A stretch of 56,542 nt of DNA, filler included, from Platydemus manokwari (taxonomy: Eukaryota): the NCBI GenBank assembly GCA_037951405.1. It is 4 parts of 4 records of this genome, joined end to end, with 100 filler letters (N's around TTAATTAATTAA, not from the genome) between each part and the next. Parts side by side here need not be neighbours in the genome. Positions count along the whole stretch, not along the records: positions 1 to 17,855 come from JBBMOY010711095.1; 3 more parts are not named here. One strand, written 5' to 3'. Under the pieces are notes generated by a model. The model had not been told where the DNA came from, did not search any database, and saw nothing but the letters and a program-made list of their open reading frames with translations. Numbering within the stretch: position 1 is the first letter of the stretch; every line of letters begins with the position of its first letter. A program made the position numbers and the translations under genes. Shown piece after piece: positions 1-12,834 of the stretch.

Positions 1-2954
1 AAAATTCACTTGTTATTCCAGCTTCTTTATCGAACCAAATAAATTTTGGTATTCTTTTATCTTGATCAAAATAAATTATTATTAAATGCAAATAACATCT
101 ATATATTTTATATCAAGCTTTTCACCTATCCTTAAATACTATTCATAACAATCGAAAGATAAAAATAAATATATATTTAATAAAAATCTTTAAAGAAAAC
201 AAATACAAAAATCATCTAACATATTTTAAGTCACAATCGCTTAAAATTAATTACGTGAAATAACAAATTAAGCAAACTCAATTCTAACTGTGGCCAACAC
301 AAGAGAATTTTAAATAATATTTTGTTTATTTACAAAAGTACAAAAAGAGTTGTACAAAATTGTTGTGCCAACATCATTAGCTGTTGATGTTACATTGTTT
401 TAGAGAAGAATTGATAATAATTATTTATAAAAAATTGATGCTGCTCAATATTTGTTTCGAAATGTGACTGTTTCGGGGGAAGAATTCTCATTTTATAGAA
501 ATTTGTTCTGTTTAAATTTTTCGTTTCTATATAGTTGTTCCTTTCTTAGTATAAAAACTTTTGCTGATCAATAACAGTAATTATTTCAAGCTTCCTCGTC
601 TCGTCAAGTTTATTCTTTACTCAAAAGGTTTCAGAGTATTTTCTCGACTATTTTATTTGTGTGTGACTTGTCTTATGCCTACTTTAATTCTTGTTGTATG
701 CTCTGTTTGTAATGTTTTGCAAGTCTTGCTTCTCAAGTAAGATGTTTCTAAAATTGATCTTACCTCGCTTTTTGATTACTAATCAATTTTTATTTGTATT
801 AATTAATTTTAATTTTTCATGATATACTAATATTATTTTTTCCATGTATTTGGTTAAACCTATTCACGCTTCCTTATAAAAAATACAGGCACATTCACCA
901 ATATTTTTCATACTGCTATCTTTCTATATCTCTAGTAAAATAATTCTGAATCACTGTGACAGTGTTTACCAGAACAGAAAGTTATTTTTAAAATATTTTC
1001 ACTTATAATTCACTGAATTCTCCACAAAAACTATATTGTCACGATACAGTGTTAGAAGATTGAAATTGAACTATTTTTAAGTGATACATTGTGAACATTT
1101 GACTATCAGTTTCACGATTTTTTATGAACATAACTAGATGTGATATAATTACAATTTACGTGTCATAAATATAATCGATATCAAATTGTAATAATCTGTG
1201 CCACGTGTCTGTAATATGAAAACTTATATATAAATAGTAGTACAAATAGTTGGCTAATAATAATAAATCGAAAACGAGAAACTCTGATTCAGCTAAAGTG
1301 AGATACAATTGTGAAAAAAAAATATAAACAGTGGTTGGCTAGTTCTGTAAACCAAGAGGTATATGATGTCATTGTAAAAGTATATTAAAAACTCTACATT
1401 TGCATTTAAAAATAAAAAATATTTTGACCAAAGCAGTTTTATTGGATGTAATAATATTACATTATTTTTTTAATTAACTGGAAAGTAGTTGGTTACAGAA
1501 GTGAAATAAAGTAAGTGCTGTTGTTGTAGTAACCGGAACTGTTATTACCGGAACGCGTAGAAGCTAAAATAAGTTTCTGAACTGATATTTTCAATAGAGG
1601 TTTTTGGAAATAGTCCTCGACTATTTAACTTATAATTTAAATAGACTACAACTTAATCAATATTCGGAATCCTGATGACTCAGGAGTAGTAATAGACCTT
1701 ATTCTTTATTTTATGCCTTCTTTTGTCTCAATCGCTTTATGTTTATTTTAAAGACAACGAAAGTGGCATTGAACAGTGTTTGAAATTTGGAAAATCTCTT
1801 TTATGCCTCTTGTTTATTTCAATGCACCCTTCCTCTTGTGATATCTCATTATTAACTTCTTTAACCCCCAATCACTATTTATTAAAAGGTACTGAATATG
1901 ATAATTTTACAATACAATGAGATGATTTCCACTGGCATCTGCCAATTGCAACATAAAATCGATTCAGAATAGAAACATTTATTTTTAAAATCGACAAAAA
2001 ATTACAATTTCTCAATACAAATACACACAGAAAGGACATTATTTTTTCTTAAAATTTTCTGGATTAAGACAGACATCCAAGGGCTTTGAGATTTATTCGA
2101 TAGATGAAAAGTACACGCAATTGTCACAAATATATAAGATTTTATAAATACATGATCTTACTGTCAGTTCTTTCAGTAGAATATTAAACATACGTTGATT
2201 TATAATACAAAAAGATTTTCCCTCTTGCTGATTCAGTAAATAATAATTTACATAATACATATATTCTCTGTATTTATTATTTAAAGCCATGTATTTTTGT
2301 TTTCCTGTTGAAATTAATTATTGTAGAAAAAAAATTCTCTGATAAATTAATTCACTGTCACTACTTGTTAAACGAGAAAATGGATGACTAGTTATTTGCT
2401 GATGTTATTGTGCGGTTATACGTTATAGGTTATTCGTAAATATTATTTTATGGAGAAATTTATTATAAAGAAATTTTTTAATAGTTTTTCAGACATATTA
2501 AGATTATATTATTTTAATCATTAAATATTTATGTTCGATAATGGGTAATGATTCTAATAAATATTATAAATATCCAATATTGTATTTTTAAATATCATTT
2601 TAGTAAACTAGTTTTTGCAAATATTATATTATTACCACCACCTTCCAGGAATTTATGTTGTTGCTACATTATAATTTAAAATAAAGATCAATTTTAAGAT
2701 ACGAAGGATACAACAAATAATTCCAACATATGCACACTAAGTTTTTCATGCAGATCACTAAAAATTGTTACATGTACATTTTCGTCACATAATTATTTCA
2801 ATTTCAACATTGAGAAGATCTCAGATTTGGGTAAAAGACCGTTAGATTCGTGGATTATCAAAATTAAAAAAATAATTTGTAAGTAGGGAACATAAATTTA
2901 ACTTTATTTTTAATCATCTCATACATATTATCATCAATATAATATTCTTCATAC

Positions 2955-3768
2955 TAATTCAGAAACCCTTGAAGAATACCGAAACCAATGCCATAAATTA
3001 TCATCAATATGAATAAAGCAATGTATAAAAGTTGATATAGCGAATCCGGAAATTAAATTCAGAAATATAAATAAAAAACAAAAGACCTAATAATTCAGTC
3101 AAATTATACAAAACCCATTCATGCATGATATAATATGAACTAATTAATCTCATTTAAAATCACTTTTGGATTCCTAATTACAATGGATATCTGCTTTCAT
3201 CATTTACTTTATGCCTGTTTTGTCTGTAAGCAGTTTCTTTTTTATTTTTATGAAGTTGGTTTGATTTTTAACAAATACTTTCCTGGAAAGTTTTTTAATA
3301 TCTCATCTTATCGCTTTGCCTTCTGCACAGATTGATATTAACAAAACTTAACTTTTAAATACATTTAATTACAAAGACTCGTCTCCTATTAATTTTTTCG
3401 CCTAACATGAAAATGAATATTTTTATATAAATATAAATTTAAAACCATTGTAGTAATAAACAATGTATAAATAAAAGATAAGATGTGCAATTTAAAATAA
3501 ATTCATTCAAAGAAAATGTAGAAACAAATCAAATTGTTAATATTTGCGCTTACATGCATCTATTAAATTTGAAAAACCACGTTGTTCAGAATATTTAAAC
3601 AAATTGAATATCCAAGATTTACTTAACTATTAAATTTAACAAATATGAACATCAAAATGTGAGTTTGAATATTGGGAATATATGAAACTTTGTTTCGAAC
3701 TTCAAAGATTACCTCATGAAAGCTATGCAACAATGCGCCATTGAGTCCACAGTTAATTGTAGATCAAC
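2955..3768 (-). pseudogene. Probable MFS transporter gene fragment (spliced exon relics, frameshifted)
   Basis: AG/GT-bounded segments at 3713-3768, 3373-3401 (xEKINRRRVF) and 2955-3086. The last reads VFCFLFIFLNLISGFAISTFIH and, after a 1-nt shift, LFILMIIYGIGFGILQGFLN. This resembles MFS TM3-TM4 (monocarboxylate or oxalate:formate-antiporter type). Recognised by eye only. Confidence 0.4.
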
Positions 3769-4759
3769 CTAAGAATTGCTAGTAAACTGATAGCATGATA
3801 TTAATCGAATAAGAAAACGTTAATGCGACCCAAACAATTATTGATTAAACTGATCACATTTGAAATACAATAAAATAAAAATACAAAAATTACAAGAACA
3901 AAGTCAGTTGAATAATAAAAGTGATTTTTGATAATAGAAATAATTACACAATTAATTTTAGCTTAATCATTTGGGTTTGCTCCAACAACTTCACTGTGAA
4001 TATTTATATAACTTTATTGTTGCTATGACACCATCCCACTTTTCTTAGATAAAAAATAAGCAGATATATCAAAGTACACGTAGTTATAAAATAAAAATAG
4101 ACAATAAACAATTAGTAAGTTAACAATCAACACCGAACAAGTGTACATATAATGTCAAAATTTTAAATTTGGCACAAAAAATTGGGAGAATTTTGTCTAT
4201 ATGTGTATGGCACAGATGTAATTCTAAAAGCTGACTGTTGCTTGTCAGGCCAAACAAAAACACAAATTATAAGTTATAATAAAAAAATTCAATGTTTATT
4301 AACATTAATTCATGTAACCATGTGAAATTTATCAAATTACCATGATAATTTAAATATAATATATATCGCCATTACTGTGTGGTAAATTACCATGACAACG
4401 TAATGGATCGTTATAGCAATTCAGAAAATAATCAGAAATTAGTCATTAAATTCATATGCAAACAGCATATAAACACAATACTTTATTGCACAATAATTTC
4501 ATGTGCATTTTCGAGTAGTAAACGTTACTTTTTTGTGGACATCAATTATACGCGAATTTTTATAGTATTCTATTGCGACTATTAATCATGCACGGAAAAT
4601 AATCACATAGCTGATATTACTCATATTCGTTTCCAAATCATATTTTTATTCAATTTCACAAATCAATCAATAATTATAAAATTTATTTATTTTATTCTCT
4701 AAAAAATCATATCAACCTCCACAACGAGATCAGTTACAATTCAGTAAATGTGAATTGTT

Positions 4760-5508
4760 ACTTTAAGGCTATTTGAAGAAATAATAGTCTGCAAGTTCGA
4801 AGTGAAGAATGTCGCTGACGCTTACGTTTCTCCTCAATTACCTGCCTATTGTCCAAGAGGCTTCAAACAGTCCTATTCTAATAATATCTTGCGATCGAGA
4901 TCATTGATTACTTTAAAAGCCTGAATAATCTGTTACAAATGATACTAGTCTAACTGATTCCAGAGACCAGCACCTCAAAGATCATTGTCTGTATAAAGAT
5001 AGCAAACATCAGTCTTAAAATCTTTATCACCAACCCTCAAGATTCCTCATATTATAGACTTCTTAGATCCATGAAGTGACATTAGTAAACATCTTTTGAT
5101 TTCTCTAGTTTGAAAACCAAAGGCTAGAGTTATCTTTTTTCTGATGACCAAGCAGGTCTCAACCGCAACACTTTGACATGCCGCAAGGAATTTCTAAAGG
5201 GATGGATGCGGACTTTTAACGTTATCCAACTGGAACCTCTAGATATTGGTAAAACTCTTAGGAATTGTCATTTCTAAGATGAGGGATAGATAAGAGCATT
5301 CATGTTGTTGGAACACAAAATTGTAGTTGATTGCGATTCTGGAAACCATACTTAATATAAGTTGCAAATCGTCGACAGATATACCTCTCTCGCAATATCA
5401 TCAACATATGAAAGTACTTAAACTTTCATAAGGTACAACTTATAGTGGGTTGATAACAATTGCAAATTGGAACATGGATCAGGAGCAATCCTGCTTTACC
5501 CCCACCAT
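4760..5508 (-). mobile_element. Degenerate non-LTR retrotransposon reverse transcriptase (R2/NeSL-like)
   Basis: Minus strand reads GVKQDCS*SMFQFAIVINPL (RT GVxQG motif, ~5450-5502), LSYVDDIA (YVDD at 5397-5408), DDLQLILSMVSRIAINYNFVF and FYQYLEVPVG (YLGV motif). Stops and frameshifts are present; boundaries approximate. Confidence 0.75.
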
Positions 5509-5539
5509 ATTTATTTACCATATTTTACCATATTTATTC

Positions 5540-6900
5540 AAAATTTTAAACATAAGTTAATGAGTTGAACTGGGGAAAGTTCGTCAAACAGCAATCGCAG
5601 CTGTGTTCCTCAAACATTTCAGTCACGAGTGCATTGAGTTCAATACAACCCTCGAATTCCATCCCCATTTTCCCCTGGATTCATAATATTATTTTGATGA
5701 ATCCTTGCGAAGTGGTTTGTTCCCTCTGGGATGTGCTGGTTCTCATTTGTGTTGTTTGATTTGGCCTTGAATTATATTGACTTTTCAGTTTGGATGAGTA
5801 TCATTACCGGTGCTACATCTTGTCATCCTCCAATGACTAGTCCATAACTTTGTAATAATAATTGGACTTCACTGCAGATGGATGTGAGATGTTCCAGTTG
5901 GAATTCCAGCGGTTGGAATTATAACGTATATTTGAGAGCTTAATATGTTTTCAAATTTTCCTCTCACTGATGGGATTCGATGAAAGCTTCTGTTGTAGCT
6001 CTATTAATATCTATAGCATTTTTTGCTTTTCGCTTGGTGTCAATTCAATAAGCGCTAAAATATTTTCTTCATTTATGACATTTGCCGCTTCTCTGGTTCT
6101 TGTGTAGTGTATAAAGTGTCTGTTCCATTTTCTTCTTCTGATTCTTCAGATTTTCATATTTTGCATTGCTATTAGCGTTTTCGAAATGGTAGATAATCCG
6201 AATGGAGTATCAATGTTAATTTTTTGAGATGGAATGTTTCCAAGAATTAATTTATTGAAATCAATTGATATAACATATGTTAATGCGCTTTGTAATATTT
6301 TGATTTCTACCTCTTTGGCTTTCTTTATATATCTTAACCGCTTTTCTATTGATGCTGTACCGCAATGCTTTGATTTGGCTTTTTGGCAACTCCGGATTAC
6401 ATGACCAAATTATCCACATGCGAAACATTCATTTTTTCTTTGCATATTGACATCGTCGTTCTTTAGATCGACAGGTCACCTTTAAGTGTCTGCGATTTCG
6501 ACATTTTTCACATTGGATATTGGTCCGAGTACAGACGTTAGTTTGTGGTTTACCTAGCCGTCTCTTTGGCATTTAATTTTGTTTGTACTTGAGTCTGTGG
6601 TAGCAATGCATTCCCATGTGTTATGGGAATACATCACAATGTTTGCCTTGCTGAGTCTTGTTGAGTTTGTAGTCCGATGGTTTATTGTTTCGATTGTTCC
6701 ATTTATTTGATTTCTCATTATTATTAGTCCTTTTTAGGGTTTTCTTTCATATAATGCACTAACTTGCTGTTCGCCTCTGACACATATTTCAACTAATCGA
6801 GTTTTTTTATAGGTTCATCGAATTTCCTTTCATATGTAGACTAATAGTAGCCATTACTTAATTGAATTTCTCTCTTGACATCCATGTAAGATATGTGAGT
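5540..6900 (-). mobile_element. Degenerate LTR-retrotransposon gag(-protease) region
   Basis: CCHC zinc knuckle CFACG*FGHVIRSC at 6386-6427 and a second degenerate knuckle (IQCEKCRNRRHLKGD, ~6475-6520). Intronless coding-like sequence with many stops. Boundaries approximate. Confidence 0.55.
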
Positions 6901-6915
6901 AACCTTTTGATCATA

Positions 6916-8468
6916 TAGGAGCTGGAAAAAAATTCGTTTTTATCAGTAAGAAAGGATCTGAAAATCAAAGTTAGAATTTTCCATGTAGATCTTTCTTGGG
7001 TTTATTTTCTAAGGTCAATCATTAACAAGACTGATAAATTCATGATTTATATTTAAATAAATCAATTAGAGTTGGATAAATGACTTACCCTGAAAGATGA
7101 AGGCCAAGTAATGTGACATAAATTTCTTCGTTACAATTTTAACACGAAACAACTTTTCGGCTACCGAAATCCATCGCTTTCTTGTCGAAAGTTGGAGAGC
7201 AGAGAACGTTGTCAGCCTTCGGAAAGGACAGCAGATTATCAACGAGTTTGTAGGAGAACAGTGAACATTATCTGAGCAAAAAGAAGGTTCATGAAGACCA
7301 TGAACGAGCACTGCATAAGAGAATGCCATTATTGTGCATAAAATGATTGAAAAAGGTTGTCACTTAAGCTGTCTAGTCATTCAAGAGTCACTGACATTAA
7401 AGAAACGAGTGTTTGTCGCACATTGAAACAAGAACTCACATTCTGACAGAAGTGAATCAGCGTCACTTACTGTAAAGAAATGTTGAATGTTTATTCGGCA
7501 AAAAGGGCTAAGGAAAAGATCATTGTGATCAATGAAAGGTCATTGTAATCAACGCTGAGAGATGCCTACAATTCCTGCAAAATATGATTTTAAACTTTCA
7601 AACAAGAATACCTAAATTATGACAATTATTTATGGGCAACTATCAATATAAATCGCTATCAGTCAAACAATTTTATACCGTCAATGAAAATATTGACATG
7701 AATCTTGACAATGATATCATTGACAGTACTCTACTAATTGAAAAAATGTTTGTACGAAACCATAAATTAATTGAAAATTCCCGGATATATAGGATCACAT
7801 TAGTAAAAATATGATGTGACTCATTGCAATTATATGTTTGTAAATCATTATTCACATTTATTATTACTTGATAAAATGTTACTTAATAAACCCTTTGATT
7901 TATAATTTGTTTATTAATAGAATGATATTCCTGTTGACAAATTTCGAAGGGAACACTTTGACCATTTTCTAAGATCAGTGTTCTTCAAAAATTTCATTTT
8001 CGACACTGACTTTTATTAAGTCAAAATATCGATCGAATTTTAAAGATACGGAATTAATATTTAGCACGGTTAATTCGACTTTAGCTTGAAAAACATTGCG
8101 TGTCTCTATTAAAGCAACCGGCCCTCTCACCCGACACAAATCTCATAGATTGCTTAATCTTCAGGAACTACAAGTTCCAACGACGTGGCAAAAACTGCAG
8201 TAATTTAGAAGAGGTTAGCAACAATTTTCCCCAATATTTGTGGTCAACATCGTAGGCCAAGCTTACCAGCGAGTTTCAAAATTTCACACGTCACCTCCAG
8301 AATATCATTGAAGCTGATGGAGACTATGTTTAGGCTCTGTTATAGTTTGCTAACACTTTTAGTATAAAATTGCACATGCGATTTTTACAAATAAATGTTT
8401 TAAATTCTATTTTTAGATTTTGATAAGATTTTATTGACGTAGAAAATCAAAATTTTTTGCAGCCCCTA
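6916..8468 (+). mobile_element. Mariner-family DNA transposon, defective, internally rearranged
   Basis: Imperfect TIRs TAGGAGCTGGAAAAAAATT (from 6916) and AAATTTTTTGCAGCCCCTA (to 8468), each flanked by TA. N-terminal HTH relic NNFSATEIHRFLVESW...VSLRK...GS*RP*TST (~7125-7370). C-terminus QPALSPDTNLIDC...IIEADGDYV* (~8090-8333). Confidence 0.85.
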
Positions 8469-10037
8469 TATTTTTTTTACTGATGTCCTATATGTCTGAC
8501 AGTTGATAGTACTCTGTCATGAATTCATGAAATATTCTTGAGTCTCCTTTATAATTTTTAATTTGTAATCTTTACATTAAATTTTCACTGTCTACGACTG
8601 GTGCTTCTACTTCTCTTCTTCTTTTGTCATTTTTATCTATTACTGGTAGTGAATTCATCATTGTAGTACTTTTGGATATCATATCATGTCCAGGGCTTCT
8701 TCTTGTTGTTCATCATCACTGCAATACATAGTGTTATTTTATTTGAGCTCTAAAAGCTTAGATTTAATTGAAATGTAAAGCTTATAAAGCCTTGTGAATA
8801 TAATTTTTGATATAGATTCCAAAAGCTGCATGTTATAACTCAAATGATTGTAATCACGTCGGGGTTAGCAAATTTCATGGAATTTTGTGATTTCGATAAT
8901 AATCTATTTACTTTGAGAGTAGATATATGGTAAGACAATTCCATCAATAGTTGACTTGTCACAATCCGAATCGTAGGTTGGTGTATAATTATTCAAGTTC
9001 ATAAGTTTTATAAATAAATATAGATATAAATAACAATTGAACTTAATTTTTTTTATTGAAAGAAATGTACACAATAATTATTCAAAGAGATTCTAAGTTT
9101 GATTGATTTAAATTTGTTTTCGCTATCTTGCCCTGAAAGTGATTGAAAAACCAGTGTTTGGAATTATTCCCACCTAACTCCGGTGAAAAAAGAAAGTCTG
9201 TAGAAATATGAAGTTTAAAAGAAATCAAATGTTCTTTGGAACTTTGACGTTGGAATTTTATGAATTAATAATCCTTTTTCGGGCATTGTTAACATTATTC
9301 ATGATTAAATGTAATAAATGAAATATACACATTTTAACCGAGATCCTTATTGTGGTCTTTTTACTTTTTTGAAAAAATTATTTGTGAAATTTGGTCTGAT
9401 TTGCTCTTTCTTTTATATTAATTTTGTTGCTGTTTGGTCTGTTTTAGTTATGCTTTCTTCTGATTGGTTGATTTCCCTAACAACTTGGCAAGTTGTCCTG
9501 GCAACTTAGGAATTTATTATATTGCTATGTTTATATTAATTTTATTATTATTGCTGAATATAATGTTTATATTATTTATTTATTATTTATTTAAATACAG
9601 CTTATTTATTCTAATATATTTTAGAAAAAGCTTTGTTCATTTATTCGATCGGTTTCTTTTGAGCTATTAGAACATTATTATTTCTATTGATTATGTCAAC
9701 GAATATTATTTCTAATTGGTTACTCATGTTTTTATTTTTTATTCAATACATCATGTATTCCTTTTGTTAATATAGCACAAATCATTAAACGCTCATTATT
9801 ATCAATAGTTTTAATATTACTAATAGAACATGTGCATTTTGCATGTTTTGTTATATTATTATCGACATATTGTTATCAACATGACTCATATTAGCTCAAT
9901 AACTCTATATGGATATCTCACATTTTCATCTATATCTCACAATACGCACTTTAATCAATTATTGACTTCTAACTCAGAAATTCATAAAGGTTCAAATCAT
10001 CGATAATAAACTTCTTATTTGAGTCCAACTAGATCAC

Positions 10038-10960
10038 CTTATAACTTCATCAGTATTTAAGCCTTGTTTATATGGATTTTCCCCAATATTCACGAAGGGG
10101 CTTATTAACCAAAAACATCCAAGTATTGTGCCCAAAATCTTATCGTTTGTAATTTTTATATTGCCCATAAACTTTTATAAAGGCGATTGTACTGTTATTG
10201 GATTTTGGGCATGTACCCTAGAAAATTATTATCCATTTACAATAAACTGTCAAGATCGTTGTCATTGTCATTATTATCTTCCAGGTTTTAAATTATATTG
10301 AACTGATAAAAATTATTGGTGAAGCCGAGTGTAAATCAAGTGGGAACTATTAGTGAAGAAGTCAGTTATAAACTATTTTACGACATTTGTTTTCTCTTCA
10401 TATAAATAATTGGACGTCAATGTGAATAAACATCTAAACATAAGGTAAAATAGCTACCTTTAGATCATAATGGCTCAAAATATTGTGTAGAGAATAACCA
10501 ATAATAACCAATAATTAATTCCTAAAGTAACACTTATTATCTCCATTTTAATAAGATTGTGCGAGACGGAAAGATATTTTTAGTCAAAGAAAATAATATA
10601 ATATTGATAGTTAATAAAACCCATGAGACCCAAACGCAACATATAGTTTTTGGACACGGTTGTATATTTATTCAAAGATGTGACCACTGTCATGACAATC
10701 CTGTAAAAGGATGCCACCTAACAACAACGAAGAGTAAGAAATGTAGACTTAGAGAATTTCAAAAAATCACCCATGTAAAACCGACTAACAGAAATGGCAA
10801 TATGTTAGATCCGCAATCTACATTATTTTTGGGCAATTTTCTTGAAAAATTAATCAAAAAGATTGCACAATTCGTCATATCCAATTTTGACGAAATTAAA
10901 ATTAATACTTTCTCGGCGCCAGTATCAAATTGAATATTTTTGTCATTGCATCAGTTGATC
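10038..10960 (-). pseudogene. Degenerate multi-TM membrane-protein coding relic (possibly MFS/SLC46-like)
   Basis: Frameshift-broken hydrophobic segments on the minus strand: ILPFLLVGFTWVIF*, LHFLLFVVV, LLGGILL, IVMTVVTSLNKYTTVSKNYMLRLGLMGFI, KILGTILGCFWLISPFVNI. The + ORF 10559-10933 is probably its antisense shadow. Confidence 0.25.
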
Positions 10961-12834
10961 GGCATCAAACACATAGATAACATCCATGTATCCAGAGTTA
11001 TTGATTCATTCAGAGTTAATTTGATTCCGTATATTTATTTTGAATATAATCGGGTATCATGTAGTAATTACAAATTGCTTGACAATTATACTTAAAGACT
11101 TAATCAAGCTTTTAATTTGAACTGCACTGCACATTGGATTCTCTTATTTATTATTTTTAATAAAAGATTATCGTTTTATGTTTAGCAGTTTTTGTAAATT
11201 ATCTTATTATTTTTTCTCACATTGAAACCATTTGGCTACATCGGTGTCATATCAATCTCTGTGGTTTTTATGACCCTCAAGTAGTAATTTATCTTGATAT
11301 TTTAGTTCTTCTTTCGTCTTGATCAATTCTAGTTTGAACCTTTTACAACAGTTTAACTCAATAACATCTTTGACACTGAAACGGTGATGATATGACAATG
11401 AATGATTATTACTATCAATGAAATGATTCTCATGATCACTTGGATGTAAAAGAACGTCAGACTTTTGTTTAAATAAAATTTATTTATACAATAAAATATT
11501 ATGTTAGATACTTATACATCGATAAAATTACAGACGGGCAAGCAATTCGTATACCAAAATGGTTTATATGACTCCATACTATTGAAGCAAAATCGATTCC
11601 CATGAGGATTGAGATTAATTCTATAAATAGGATATATACGACCGAATATAAATGCACATGATTTTTTAACCATTAGTCTCTTACATATAATCTGAGAACG
11701 GTAGAATCAAGTTTGCCGATTGTCCTTCTTAACTTACACTTTAGGAATGATTTTAGTGTGTTCTGTATTAACTACCAGAGCAAAAATTTCTGAATTTTAT
11801 GAACCTATATATACGAAAATGTATTTTGTTCTAATTTTATTGGAAATAACTGTAATTTTGTAATTAACGGTAAAAAATTGTTGTTTATTATTTCATAATG
11901 ATTTATTATTTTCTATCATGAAAGATTCATTTATATAATGATGTTAATTTTATTCGTATATTTTTGTTATAGTCAATCAATCAACATTTTCATCAGTTTG
12001 ACAACACTGATTATTAATTAATTATTTCCATTAACCAGGATTATTTTAATATCATATTATTTAAATTTCAGATTAAAATAAAACATTAAAATGCATGCAA
12101 AAAAATGCACATTAAATCGTTTGCTTTTACACAATTGCTTTGATTTGCAGTTGGTTTGTAGCAAACCACAATTGTTATTTATATATTATTTCATATTTCA
12201 AAGCAATCTGATTACTTCTAAGAGTCAGAGGTTAAGTCGAGAAAACTCAACAAAAAATTTGCTTGAATTCGAAGCAAGATTAATTTGTATTATTGATCTG
12301 AACACCGAAAACCCTATATAAACAGTCATTGTAAATAGCTTTATCATAAAAGCTCAGAAAAATATTCAATTAAGTCAATGATTCCCAGATCAATATAATA
12401 TTAATTTCAGATTATTAAACAATATTAATGTTGATTTTTTACCATAACATTATTAACTATTTCATAAAAATTGTTTTGTATAATAGTTGAGAAAATCCAC
12501 TTATTTGAACATTGAAAATTTAATTACTAAAATTTGCGTTAGATCTTCATAGATCAAGCTCATTTTAATAATACAATTTCTAAATCAAGACTAATCTCAA
12601 AGAAAACCAATATCCGATACATTTAAATGTTTATCCGATGATTAAATTAACATAAAACTTCATAAAAAGATATTTGAAACCATTATATCCATCCTAATTA
12701 AATTTTCTCAAAACCCCCTACTATTAAATGACCATTTGTATAATTTACAAACAAAATATAAAAAACAAATAACGAAACCATAATATAATTATTAACAGGC
12801 AAAACACTCCTATCAATCACATTCATTCCAACTT

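Noticed and set aside
10038-10110. Tyrosine-kinase-like IGENPYKQGLNTDEVIR
   Set aside because: No DVWSFG, DFG or HRD motifs nearby; better read as part of the membrane-protein relic or chance.
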